A stretch of 57,488 nt of DNA from Eubacteriales bacterium (GTDB taxonomy: Bacteria > Bacillota > Clostridia > Oscillospirales > CAG-272), in NCBI GenBank assembly GCA_045532975.1, contig JAZSGX010000005.1, positions 1 to 57,488 on the forward strand, written 5' to 3'. Below are positions 18,348 through 27,686 of the stretch, piece by piece (within the stretch, counting starts at the first letter, position 1; the number at the start of each line of letters is the position of its first letter). A program made the position numbers and the translations under genes. The notes under the pieces were generated by a model. It had not been told where the DNA came from and searched no databases. It saw only the letters and a list, made by a program, of their open reading frames with translations.

Positions 18348-18518
18348 ATGATACCCACTATAATCGGCGCATCAATTCTTGCCCTAATAGTTGGCGGAAT
18401 TGTTGCAAAAATGATAATTAATAAGAAAAACGGTAAGGGCGGCTGCTCCTGTGGTTGTGGCGGTTGTGCCAACAAAGAATTTTGCCACCCTAAAAAGCCA
18501 ACCAATAGCGACAACTAA
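18348..18518 (+). CDS. FeoB-associated Cys-rich small membrane protein (56 aa)
   Basis: Below the track cutoff. Manual translation MIPTIIGASILALIVGGIVAKMIINKKNGKGGCSCGCGGCANKEFCHPKKPTNSDN*; SD AAGGGGG. Confidence 0.88.
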   Translation: MIPTIIGASILALIVGGIVAKMIINKKNGKGGCSCGCGGCANKEFCHPKKPTNSDN

Positions 18519-18520
18519 TT

Positions 18521-18558
18521 AAACTCCCCTCTGCTCTTTTTGGCAGAGGGGAGTTTTT
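18521..18558 (+). terminator. feo operon terminator
   Basis: AAACTCCCCTCTGC...GCAGAGGGGAGTTTTT. Confidence 0.85.
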
Positions 18559-18574
18559 ACGCACAGTCAAACCA

Positions 18575-18786
18575 TCGAGGGACGTAGGCGTGTGGAGAAG
18601 GCACGAGTGCGTACACGTAGGCGTACTTTGTACGGTAGAGTAGCAATCGTGGCTAAGAGGCGACATTAAAAACAGGGAATTTGCAAAAATGCAAATTCCC
18701 TATCTTATTCTTTTTTGCCAAAAGTTGTTATGCTACGCAAAGCAATCAGCGTCGCCTCTGTTCTACACTTGCATACGCACCCTCGA
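18575..18786 (-). repeat. Fold-back element enclosing the terminator of the EF-G paralog
   Basis: Outer IR TCGAGGG.../...CCCTCGA; inner AGAGGCGAC/GTCGCCTCT; central AGGGAATTTGCA/TGCAAATTCCCT; side branch CGTACAAAGTACGCCT on the minus strand. Confidence 0.75.
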
Positions 18787-18787
18787 C

Positions 18788-20833
18788 TTACTTTCTTTCG
18801 TTCTTTGGCACCTTAGTCGCAAGCTGAGCAGGTACCTCCTCGTATCTTACAAAGTGGAATGTAAAGTCGCCACGACCCTGTGTCATTGCGCGAAGTGCGA
18901 TAACGTAGTCAACCATTTCAGACTTTGGAACCTCTGCTTCAACAATAGTGTACTTAGGACGCTTTGGATTTGGTTCCATACCCATTACTCTGCCGCGACG
19001 CTTGTTCAAGTCACCCATAACGTCACCAACCATATGCTCAGGCACGCTAACCTTCAAAACACCAACAGGCTCAAGGAGTACAGGATTTGCATTAACAAGC
19101 TCCTTATAAGCCAAACGAGCCGCAAGCACAAAGGAAATTTCGTTAGAGTCAACATCGTGATATGAGCCGCCTGTCAAGTCAGCCGCCAAATTAACCATTG
19201 GATAGCCGAGAAGCACGCCCTCCTTCATAGCTTCCTTAAGACCCTTTTCAACTGCTGGGTAGTAACCCTTTGGCACTTCACCGCCAACAACGCTTTGAGT
19301 AAAGGTCAAGCCCTCTTCCTCACCGTGTGAGAATGTAATCTTAACGTGACCGTACTGACCTGCACCACCGGACTGCTTTTTGTGCTTTCCTTCGGTTTCC
19401 AAGCGTTTCTTAATTGTTTCTCTGTACGCAATCTTTGGTGTTTCAAGCTTTACGTTAACACCGTATCTGTTCTTTAGCTTGCATACAACTGTGTCAAGGT
19501 GAACGTCACCGATACCCTTCAAAAGAAGCTCGCCTGTTTCAACAAAGTTTTCGTACTTAACGGTCTTATCCTCATCAAGAATCTTTGCAATAGAGGTGGC
19601 AACCTTGTCCTCATCCTTACCATCGGTCTTAATTGCCATTGTCATATTAGCCTCAGGGAATTCAATCTTCTTATATTCCATATCGGAGGTTTCGCAAAGA
19701 GTATCGTTTGTATTTGTATTAGCAAGCTTGGAGATAACGCCGATGTCACCACAAGCAAGGCTGTCAATTTCTGTCTGCTTCTTACCGCAGATTGTGAAAA
19801 TCTTGGAGAACTTTTCAACCTGACCTGTTGTTGTGTTCTTAAGCATCATATCCTTCTTTAATTCACCGTTCATAACCTTGAAGAAGGAAACACGGCCAAC
19901 AAATGGGTCAGCAATAGTCTTAAATACCATCAAGCGGCACTCACCCTCACGCTCAATAGCAACGTCATTACCGTTTACGTCCTTTTCAACCTTCTTTGCA
20001 GTATGTCTTGGGAAGGACTCCGCAATAGCGGTCAAGATTGAGTAAATACCTCTCATATTTTCGGATGAGCCGCACCATACAGGAACGATAGCGCCTGAAA
20101 TCATACCCTCGTGGAGTGCCAGCGCACATTCCTCTTGAGTAAATCTCTCACCTGCGAAGAACTTTTCAAGCATTTCCTCATTGGTTTGTGCAACGGCTTC
20201 CATAAATACCTCACCGTACTTCTCCGCAACAGCGCGACGGGATGGGGTCATATCCTCCTCCTGTCTTTCACCGTTAGGAAGATAACGGAAGCATTTCATT
20301 GTCATTAGGTCAATCATCATAGTACCTGTCGCTTCCTTAACAGGAATAAATACAGGACAAAGAGCGTTTCCAAACTCGTCACGGAGCTGGTTAAATACGC
20401 TGTCAAAATCAGCATCAGGGTCGTCGCACTTGTTAACAAAGAAGGCTCTTGGAATACCCGCCTCCAAAGCATTGTACCAAGCAATCTCCGCGCCAACCTC
20501 TAAGCCTGCCTTTGCATCAATATTAATAAGAGCCGCATCAGCCACACGAAGTGCACTTGCAACCTCACCCGCAAAGCCCAAAAAGCCCGGGCAGTCAAGA
20601 AGATTAATCTTAACGCCGTTCCACTCAAGATTTACAACGGATAAGCCTATTGAAATACCTCTTTTTATTTCCTCGCTGTCATAGTCGGAAACAGTATTAC
20701 CGTCGCAAATTCTACCAAGGCGGTCAGTTGCCTTTGCCTTGAAGAGCATTGACTCGATAGTAGCGGTCTTACCGCTGCCGCTGTGTCCGATAATGCACAC
20801 GTTTCTTACATTGTTAGTGATAAATTTTGCCAT
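18788..20833 (-). CDS. Elongation factor G paralog (EF-G2/FusA2-like)
   Basis: RNVCIIGHSGSGKT, RGISI, DCPG, NKCD, DPFVG, YRETI, HKKQSGGAGQYGHV, GSYHDVDS, LLEP, MTQGRG. Confidence 0.92.
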   Translation of the reverse strand: MAKFITNNVRNVCIIGHSGSGKTATIESMLFKAKATDRLGRICDGNTVSDYDSEEIKRGISIGLSVVNLEWNGVKINLLDCPGFLGFAGEVASALRVADAALINIDAKAGLEVGAEIAWYNALEAGIPRAFFVNKCDDPDADFDSVFNQLRDEFGNALCPVFIPVKEATGTMMIDLMTMKCFRYLPNGERQEEDMTPSRRAVAEKYGEVFMEAVAQTNEEMLEKFFAGERFTQEECALALHEGMISGAIVPVWCGSSENMRGIYSILTAIAESFPRHTAKKVEKDVNGNDVAIEREGECRLMVFKTIADPFVGRVSFFKVMNGELKKDMMLKNTTTGQVEKFSKIFTICGKKQTEIDSLACGDIGVISKLANTNTNDTLCETSDMEYKKIEFPEANMTMAIKTDGKDEDKVATSIAKILDEDKTVKYENFVETGELLLKGIGDVHLDTVVCKLKNRYGVNVKLETPKIAYRETIKKRLETEGKHKKQSGGAGQYGHVKITFSHGEEEGLTFTQSVVGGEVPKGYYPAVEKGLKEAMKEGVLLGYPMVNLAADLTGGSYHDVDSNEISFVLAARLAYKELVNANPVLLEPVGVLKVSVPEHMVGDVMGDLNKRRGRVMGMEPNPKRPKYTIVEAEVPKSEMVDYVIALRAMTQGRGDFTFHFVRYEEVPAQLATKVPKNERK

Positions 20834-21039
20834 GGGTTTTGTCCTCGCTTCTTATATATTTCTTCCATTATATGAAAGTTAATGTTCGATAAAATTATTG
20901 TATCACACAATGTATATACATTTCAATAGTTTTTGTGCAATTTGTTTAGTTTTTTGTCAATTTTATAATATTTTTGTGCAATTTGACGAAGCGAGTGCGT
21001 TGAAACAGGCGGAGCGTGTGCTCCGCCTGTTCGCTTGGC

Positions 21040-22050
21040 TTACTTGGAATACGGTTCTATTGAGAATGACAAAAGCCAATCGTTAGTAAGGTCTTCTTCA
21101 AGCCCTTTTAAGCCAACATATAACCTTACGAAATAGTATTTATCGCCTTCAATGCAAAACAATTCCACGTTTGCAGGAATATCTGCATTATCTGAAAAGT
21201 AGTTTTTCTGCACGTATATTGTCTTTTCTTCTGTTTTCAATTCATATTGAAGCGTTGCAAGAGTGTCACGTTTTGAATAAAAATACTTCCCCACAATGTC
21301 AGTGCCATCAATAACCTTGGAAACTACGTCTTTATAAGAAGCGTTATAAGAAGCGTTTACATAACTACGCTCATATATCTCATTAAATGTTTCTTTGTCA
21401 TATACATCAAGATGTCCCACACTGTCGCCACTTTCGGTTTCCATAGAAAACGAGTAGTGCTTTCCATACCACACAAAGTGGCTTGTTAGAATACCATCTG
21501 GTATCGCAGGGTAATATAGGTTTTTCAAATCACATATTTCAAAACCTACTTCGCTCTTTGAAAACGCATTAACTAAGATTTTCTTGTTATACGCGCTTAT
21601 ATTTCCATTTAATATTTCATCCAAAAAAATTTCAATGCTTGAAAAACTCAAGCACCCAATTCCTGTATTTCCTTCGTATACGGATGCGTCATAAAAAACC
21701 ATATAGCATTTATCAAGCTCATAATTGTACATTATTTCATAATCACGCTCGTCCGTTGGTACTGCTGGCGCAGTGTCTTCCTCATTAGGTGGCGGATAAT
21801 AGCTGGTTGGTGGGTCGGGCTGTTCGGATGTTATTACACTATCCTCGCTTGATAAAGCATCTTCTCCTGAATGTGTACTGTCAACAGTGCTCTCGTTATT
21901 AATATCACTTTTATTTTCTGCTTCGCTATTGCAGTCAATCGTTGGATTTTTGCTTACATCACTGTCTGAAAAATCAGAGCAACTGCAAACCATCACGGTT
22001 AATGATAATATAATTATCACTAAAATCAAATATTTTAATATGTTTTTCAT
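21040..22050 (-). CDS. Hypothetical lipoprotein with Ser/Asp-rich linker
   Basis: Signal peptide with lipobox-like VCSC; low-complexity linker followed by a globular region. Confidence 0.75.
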   Translation of the reverse strand: MKNILKYLILVIIILSLTVMVCSCSDFSDSDVSKNPTIDCNSEAENKSDINNESTVDSTHSGEDALSSEDSVITSEQPDPPTSYYPPPNEEDTAPAVPTDERDYEIMYNYELDKCYMVFYDASVYEGNTGIGCLSFSSIEIFLDEILNGNISAYNKKILVNAFSKSEVGFEICDLKNLYYPAIPDGILTSHFVWYGKHYSFSMETESGDSVGHLDVYDKETFNEIYERSYVNASYNASYKDVVSKVIDGTDIVGKYFYSKRDTLATLQYELKTEEKTIYVQKNYFSDNADIPANVELFCIEGDKYYFVRLYVGLKGLEEDLTNDWLLSFSIEPYSK

Positions 22051-22053
22051 CTT

Positions 22054-22353
22054 TTACTCCTCGTTATTATTCGCAATGTTTCCTTGTATAACTATGTTAG
22101 AGGTCAATCCTTCCATATATTCTTCGCAGGAAGTACAAAACCCCATTGCTTCATTTGTTACGTCCAACACACTAGAATAGTAACCGTAAGCGGTATATTG
22201 GTCGAATTTTCCCATAACGCAAAACGTTCCGTTTTGGTCGTGTCCTTCGTTATTATACACATCATCCATTCCAAAGCAATGCGCCTCGTATGAGCCGTTT
22301 GATAACCTAAAATGCTTTACGTTTTCTTCACGTAAGGAAGATATTTCTTCCAC
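22054..22353 (-). CDS. Hypothetical protein or gene remnant
   Basis: 99-aa ORF with GTG start and no well-placed SD, ending 4 nt before the lipoprotein start. Confidence 0.45.
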   Translation of the reverse strand: MEEISSLREENVKHFRLSNGSYEAHCFGMDDVYNNEGHDQNGTFCVMGKFDQYTAYGYYSSVLDVTNEAMGFCTSCEEYMEGLTSNIVIQGNIANNNEE

Positions 22354-22530
22354 GTTACCGATTAGTTTATCGCTACAAATTCTATTGTTTTTCTCCTTTT
22401 GTTAATTGTGAGTTCAAAAAGCTAATATTTGATTTAAAACGTGCCATTGAATGTACCTCCCTTTCTCTCTATATAATTAAAGAGTGAAATTTACTTCTAT
22501 TTCCTTCAATTTTTTTGAAAAAATTTTAAA

Positions 22531-22673
22531 ATAATAAAAAGCACATAAGCCAAGTGTGTCCCGACTTATGCGCAAATTGCAAGTTATTATATTTTCTCGG
22601 CAACAGCTTTTTAGTTTGGGTTGTCGGGATTTCTTCTTTATTTCAGTATAGCATAGCTTTATTCTTTTGTCAA
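22531..22673 (-). promoter_or_regulatory. SigmaA promoter followed by a ~100-nt leader ending in an intrinsic terminator (candidate attenuator or sRNA)
   Basis: Minus strand TTGACA (22673-68), 17 bp, TG-N-TATACT (22650-45); hairpin GCGCATAAGTC...GGCTTATGTGC then TTTTTATT. Confidence 0.6.
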
Positions 22674-22741
22674 GGCTACAAGGTATTGAAATAAAATAGC
22701 TTTTGTGCTATACTAATAAAAACTCGCAAAGGAGTATTTTT

Positions 22742-23401
22742 ATGATAACCTACAACGATATTAAACATAATGAGGCTATTAGCACTTATATAAGGAAGGC
22801 GGACGAGAGCTTAACCTCACTTGGCTACACGGAGCATAGCTTTGCTCACGTTGGCTTGGTGGCAAACCGCGCCGAGTATATTCTTTCCTCTCTTGGCTAC
22901 GGTGAGCACGATTTGGAGCTTGTTAAAGTTGCCGCCCATTTGCACGATATTGGCAACATTGTAAACCGCCGCGAGCATTCCCAAAGCGGTGCAGTTATGG
23001 CTTTCCGTATTCTTGATAAGCTGGAAATGGACCCTTGCGATATTGCAACCATTGTTTCTGCCATCGGCAATCACGACGAGGGCACGGGAGAAGCGGTAAA
23101 CCCTATTGCCGCTGCCCTTATTATTGCGGACAAAAGCGACGTGCGCCGCACAAGGGTAAGAAACCAAGATTTTTCAACCTTTGACATACACGACAGGGTA
23201 AATTATTCCGTAATAGAAACCGACCTTATTATAAATAAGGAAGATAAGGCAATTACACTATCCTTAACAATAGACACAAAAATAAGCCCTGTGATGGACT
23301 ACTTTGAAATTTTCCTTAACCGTATGCTGATGTGCAAGAAAGCGGCAAAAGCATTAGGGCTTGAATTTAAGCTTGTTATAAACAATCAAGCCATTATGTA
23401 A
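22742..23401 (+). CDS. HD-domain metal-dependent phosphohydrolase
   Basis: TEHS.AHV, HLHDIGN, GNHDE, IADKSD; start moved to ATG 22742 (SD AAGGAG). Confidence 0.88.
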   Translation: MITYNDIKHNEAISTYIRKADESLTSLGYTEHSFAHVGLVANRAEYILSSLGYGEHDLELVKVAAHLHDIGNIVNRREHSQSGAVMAFRILDKLEMDPCDIATIVSAIGNHDEGTGEAVNPIAAALIIADKSDVRRTRVRNQDFSTFDIHDRVNYSVIETDLIINKEDKAITLSLTIDTKISPVMDYFEIFLNRMLMCKKAAKALGLEFKLVINNQAIM

Positions 23402-23408
23402 TAGGAAC

Positions 23409-23445
23409 AAAAAATGCACTCGAAATCCGAGTGCATTTTTTATTT
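23409..23445. terminator. Bidirectional terminator between convergent genes
   Basis: AAAAAATGCACTCG-AAATC-CGAGTGCATTTTTT. Confidence 0.85.
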
Positions 23446-23447
23446 TA

Positions 23448-25613
23448 TTATTTTTTAATCTTGTATTCAACGTGCATTGCGTGACCGCCTGTTAGGACAA
23501 TCATTTCCATTGCAGGAACGGAGAATTCACCTGCGCGCACCTTAAGTGGCTTATCAAGAACGCCACGGGCAAGAACCTTAACGCTCTTAGCCTTCTTGTC
23601 TATGAGCTTCTTGTCCTTCATAGACTGAATTGTAACGTCGTCACCGGCATTATAATTCTTAGAAAGCGTATCAACGTTGATAATAGCCTTCTTGTTGTCC
23701 TTAGCGGTGATATAATCAACACCCTCCTCAAGAACAACCTCGATATGCTTTTCTTCAACAATTTGATGTACTTCCTCAGCGCTTACGCTTTCAACAACAA
23801 GCTCAGGCTCAATTGCGGGAGCTTCAATCACAGGCTCTTCTTCAACAATTGGCTCAGGAATTACCTCAACAATTGGCTCTTCAACAACAGGCTCAGGAAC
23901 AACCTCAACAATTGGTTCCTCAATAACAGGCTCTTCCTTAGGCTTAGAGGACATAACAACTACCGCATCGTCTGCAATGAGTGCCTTAATGAGCTTGCGA
24001 GCAATAAGTGGCTCGTTTGGCTCATATGGGTACTGTGCAACGTAGTCAACAGTCTTTGCCTTTTCGTCCTTTTCAATGCCAAACTTAGCCATTGTGATAT
24101 CAACAAGCTCCTTCGCCTTTCTAAGACCAAGACCGCTCTTAATCTTAACAAGCATTGGAACATCCTCAAATATCTTTGCATCAATTGCCTCGTGGTGATA
24201 CTTGGACTCATCAAACTCATTCGGATCAAGTGCACAGTACAGACAAATCGTCTTACCGCGAAGCTTAACCTTAAAGAGCTGATCTCTACCTCTGTTGTAG
24301 CTATCGAACTTCCAGCTAAATCTGGACTTAACACCCTTATAGGACATAATGTGGTTCTTAAGCTCACTATAGTAATCCTTAACGGTATCGTCACTCTGGA
24401 TAAGGTTAGCTTTAAAGCTACGGCTGTACTTAATGTCAATCTTGTTACCTTCGTTGTCATAGTAGGTAGGAACAAGAACAGGCTCTGCCTCTTGTATAGG
24501 CTCTTCAACAATTGGCTCGGGAACAACCTCGACAACAGGTTCTTCAGCCACAGGCTGTGGAATATATTCCTCGATAACCTCCTCGTAAAGCGGCTTTTCA
24601 ACCTCTTCAACAACAGGTTCCTCAACAACCTCAACCTCAATTTCAGGCTCAATTGCCGGTTCTTCTTCAACCACAGGCTCAGGAATAACCTCGATAACAG
24701 GTTCTTCTTCAACTACAGGCTCTTCAGCAACTGCCTCAACCACAGGCTCTTCGATTTCAGGTGCAACCTCTTCAGCAACTGCCTCAATTGAGTAGAGAGG
24801 AATTGAAAATACAGAATCAATCTCGCCTCTTTCAATAACAACGTCACCGTCGGGAACAACGCTCCAGCCGATAAACTTACTGTCGCTGTTGTATTCCTTG
24901 GGAAGCTGTAGCTTAATGTAATGAGTTTCTCTGTAAACAACTTTGTCAATGCTTGAACGGTTAAAGGTAACCTCAACAATGCTCTGACCGTCAAAGCCCT
25001 CGTTTGAAACAACGATGTCGCTATCGTCAAGAACAGATACAGGGTAAAGGTTTATTGTGAAAACATAATTTTCCTGTCCATCCTTGAACAAGATATCTCC
25101 GTCGGGAGCAAAACCCCAGCCAGCAACATCTTCCTTAGGCAAACAAGCGTCAATTCTGAAGCCCTCGCTTGCAACAATCTCATCAGTTTGAGTGTCAACG
25201 TAATTAAACTTAACGAAAACACCCTCGCTATAATCAATCTCCTTAGGAGGCTCTATTTTTGTAACAGGCGCCGGCACATAATCGTAAACAGGAGCCTCCG
25301 CCCACATAGCATAAAGCTTAACGGGCTTAAGCAAAACAATTTTGTGCTTTGTCAACGGGCGCGTGCCCTTTTCATTTTTACTCCATCCAACAAGCTTTTT
25401 GCCTTTTTTGTTGGCACTATGTATCTTTACACGGCTAAGCCAGGAGTGCCTTTCCTTATGAATAACCTCCTTGCCATCCTCGCTGTCGTAATATATCACT
25501 TGGAAACGCAGCACCAAAAGAAGCACCGTAAGCAGTGCAGCTACGCCAAGAACTATACCGCACCAAACCAAGCTAATATTAAAAATGTCGATGCCAGCAA
25601 AATAGTTTGTCAT
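23448..25613 (-). CDS. Membrane-anchored multidomain protein with EEPVVE repeats and a C-terminal ribosomal uL15-like domain
   Basis: N-terminal TM helix; three GW-containing repeats; Glu/Pro/Val linkers; C-terminus IINVDTLS...GDDVTIQSMKDKKLI...VKVLARGVLDKPLKVRAGEFS.PA.E.I...GG matches the uL15 globular-domain pattern. Confidence 0.85.
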   Translation of the reverse strand: MTNYFAGIDIFNISLVWCGIVLGVAALLTVLLLVLRFQVIYYDSEDGKEVIHKERHSWLSRVKIHSANKKGKKLVGWSKNEKGTRPLTKHKIVLLKPVKLYAMWAEAPVYDYVPAPVTKIEPPKEIDYSEGVFVKFNYVDTQTDEIVASEGFRIDACLPKEDVAGWGFAPDGDILFKDGQENYVFTINLYPVSVLDDSDIVVSNEGFDGQSIVEVTFNRSSIDKVVYRETHYIKLQLPKEYNSDSKFIGWSVVPDGDVVIERGEIDSVFSIPLYSIEAVAEEVAPEIEEPVVEAVAEEPVVEEEPVIEVIPEPVVEEEPAIEPEIEVEVVEEPVVEEVEKPLYEEVIEEYIPQPVAEEPVVEVVPEPIVEEPIQEAEPVLVPTYYDNEGNKIDIKYSRSFKANLIQSDDTVKDYYSELKNHIMSYKGVKSRFSWKFDSYNRGRDQLFKVKLRGKTICLYCALDPNEFDESKYHHEAIDAKIFEDVPMLVKIKSGLGLRKAKELVDITMAKFGIEKDEKAKTVDYVAQYPYEPNEPLIARKLIKALIADDAVVVMSSKPKEEPVIEEPIVEVVPEPVVEEPIVEVIPEPIVEEEPVIEAPAIEPELVVESVSAEEVHQIVEEKHIEVVLEEGVDYITAKDNKKAIINVDTLSKNYNAGDDVTIQSMKDKKLIDKKAKSVKVLARGVLDKPLKVRAGEFSVPAMEMIVLTGGHAMHVEYKIKK

Positions 25614-25873
25614 CCTACTCTATCCGCCTTTCTTACTATATAGTATAAATTTGTAATTTTATTATACAACACTAAAAATTTTTTGTCAATAAATATTTTG
25701 AAAAAAATATCAAAAATCTCACACTCCACCCGTTATTTTTTAAAATATCACTATTTTCGCAACGATTTTTTTGAAAAATTCCGCTGATTTTTTTACTCGC
25801 ATAAAATTTACTATTGATTTTGTCGTAATTCTCCGCTATAATAGTATATGTAAAATTTGAAGGGAGTTTTAAA

Positions 25874-27118
25874 ATGGTTACAGAAATTATTAATAAGTTA
25901 GGAGAATTTGACAGCGAGGTTGCAAGCGCTGTTGAAAGCGAGCTTAAAAGACAAAAGAGAGGTCTTGAATTAATTGCTTCCGAAAACTTGGTTTCCGAGG
26001 CGGTTATGCTTGCAATGGGTACACCATTGACAAACAAATATGCAGAGGGTTACCCTGCAAAGAGATATTACGGCGGATGCGAGTGCGTTGACGTTGTTGA
26101 AAACATTGCTATCGAAAGAGCCTGCAAGCTTTTCGGCGCAAATTATGCAAACGTTCAGCCACATAGCGGCGCTCAGGCAAACACAGCGGTTTACTTTGCG
26201 CTTCTTCAGCCGGGCGACACTGTTCTCGGTATGAGCTTGGCTCACGGCGGTCACTTGACACACGGCTCACCCGTTAACATGTCCGGTTCTTACTTTAATT
26301 TCATTTCCTACGGTGTAGGAGACGATGGCTTTATCGATTACGACGAGCTCGAAAGATTGGCAAGAGAAAATTCACCTAAGCTTATCGTTGCAGGTGCATC
26401 TGCTTATCCAAGAGTTATAGACTTTGAAAGAATTTCCAAGGTTGCAAAGGAAGTTGGCGCATACTTCATGGTAGATATGGCGCATATTGCAGGTCTTGTT
26501 GCTGCAGGATGCCATCCAAGCCCGGTACCTTATGCCGACGTTGTTACAACTACCACACACAAAACACTCCGCGGTCCCCGTGGCGGCCTTATCCTCTCAA
26601 ATGACGAGGAAATTGCCAAGAAGATTAACAAGGCTATCTTCCCAGGCACACAGGGTGGTCCTCTTATGCACACAATAGCATCTAAGGCTGTTTGCTTCGG
26701 CGAGGCGCTCAAGCCGGAATTCAAGGCATACCAGGAGCAAATTGTTAAAAACGCTAAGGTTTTGGCTGACACCCTCTTGGCTGAAGGCTTTAACTTAGTT
26801 TCCGGCGGCACCGATAACCACTTGATGCTTCTCGATCTTCGCCCATTCTCTATCACAGGCAAGGAGCTTGAAAAGCGTCTTGACGAGTGCTACATCACCG
26901 TTAACAAAAACGCAATCCCCAACGACCCCGAAAAGCCATTTGTAACAAGCGGTGTTCGTATCGGTACTCCTGCAGTTACCTCAAGAGGTCTTAAGGAAGA
27001 GGATATGGTTACTCTCGGTAAGCTCATTAAGCTTGTAGCTACCGAATTCGAGACAAAGGCAGATTACATTCGCGCCGAGGTTACAAAAATCTGCGACAAG
27101 TATCCGATTTACGAATAA
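25874..27118 (+). CDS. glyA: Serine hydroxymethyltransferase
   Basis: [45 protein letters not shown]. Confidence 0.98.
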   Translation: MVTEIINKLGEFDSEVASAVESELKRQKRGLELIASENLVSEAVMLAMGTPLTNKYAEGYPAKRYYGGCECVDVVENIAIERACKLFGANYANVQPHSGAQANTAVYFALLQPGDTVLGMSLAHGGHLTHGSPVNMSGSYFNFISYGVGDDGFIDYDELERLARENSPKLIVAGASAYPRVIDFERISKVAKEVGAYFMVDMAHIAGLVAAGCHPSPVPYADVVTTTTHKTLRGPRGGLILSNDEEIAKKINKAIFPGTQGGPLMHTIASKAVCFGEALKPEFKAYQEQIVKNAKVLADTLLAEGFNLVSGGTDNHLMLLDLRPFSITGKELEKRLDECYITVNKNAIPNDPEKPFVTSGVRIGTPAVTSRGLKEEDMVTLGKLIKLVATEFETKADYIRAEVTKICDKYPIYE

Positions 27119-27564
27119 TGCGTGGCGAATACTCCACAAAGCAGCGCGATGCAATTCTTTCGTTCCTGCGCGAAAATAACGCGCACGTGTCCGCATCCGA
27201 TATTGTTTTTCACTTGAAGGAAGAGGGCTACAAGGTTAGCACCGCTACCGTTTATCGCACCCTTGAAAAGTTTGAAAAGGAAGGCTTAGTGAAAAAAATG
27301 TTAGTGGGAGACGGTGCAGGCGCTTGCTATCAATTTGCCGATGGCGAGAGCTGCCACGAGCATTTCCACCTTAAATGTATCAAGTGCGGCAAGCTCATTC
27401 ACTTAAGCTGTGAGTTTATGCATGAGATGGAGGAGCATATTTTTAATGACCACGGATTTACTGTCAGCTCAGGAAGAACCGTCATTTACGGCATCTGCTC
27501 AAGTTGTAGCGGTACCCCCGAAAGGTCAGGCTGTAATTGTAGCTGCAAAATAGCAAATAAATGA
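27118..27564 (+). CDS. Fur-family transcriptional repressor
   Basis: TKQR.AIL, H.SA, ATVYRTL, HEHFHLKCIKCG, GICSSC; start overlaps the glyA stop (TAATG). Confidence 0.9.
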   Translation: MRGEYSTKQRDAILSFLRENNAHVSASDIVFHLKEEGYKVSTATVYRTLEKFEKEGLVKKMLVGDGAGACYQFADGESCHEHFHLKCIKCGKLIHLSCEFMHEMEEHIFNDHGFTVSSGRTVIYGICSSCSGTPERSGCNCSCKIANK

Positions 27565-27686
27565 AACTCCCATTGTTTTTTCCAAACATTTCAAAAAAAA
27601 TTAAATTTGCTATTGATTTTTAAAAACATTTGTGTTATAATGCTTTTCGCTTATGATTTTTTTAATTTAAAATACGGAGGAAAATT

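Noticed and set aside
23745-24791. 348-aa Asn/Leu/Arg-rich ORF and other overlapping frames opposite or within the uL15-domain gene
   Set aside because: By-products of the repetitive EEPVVE coding sequence.
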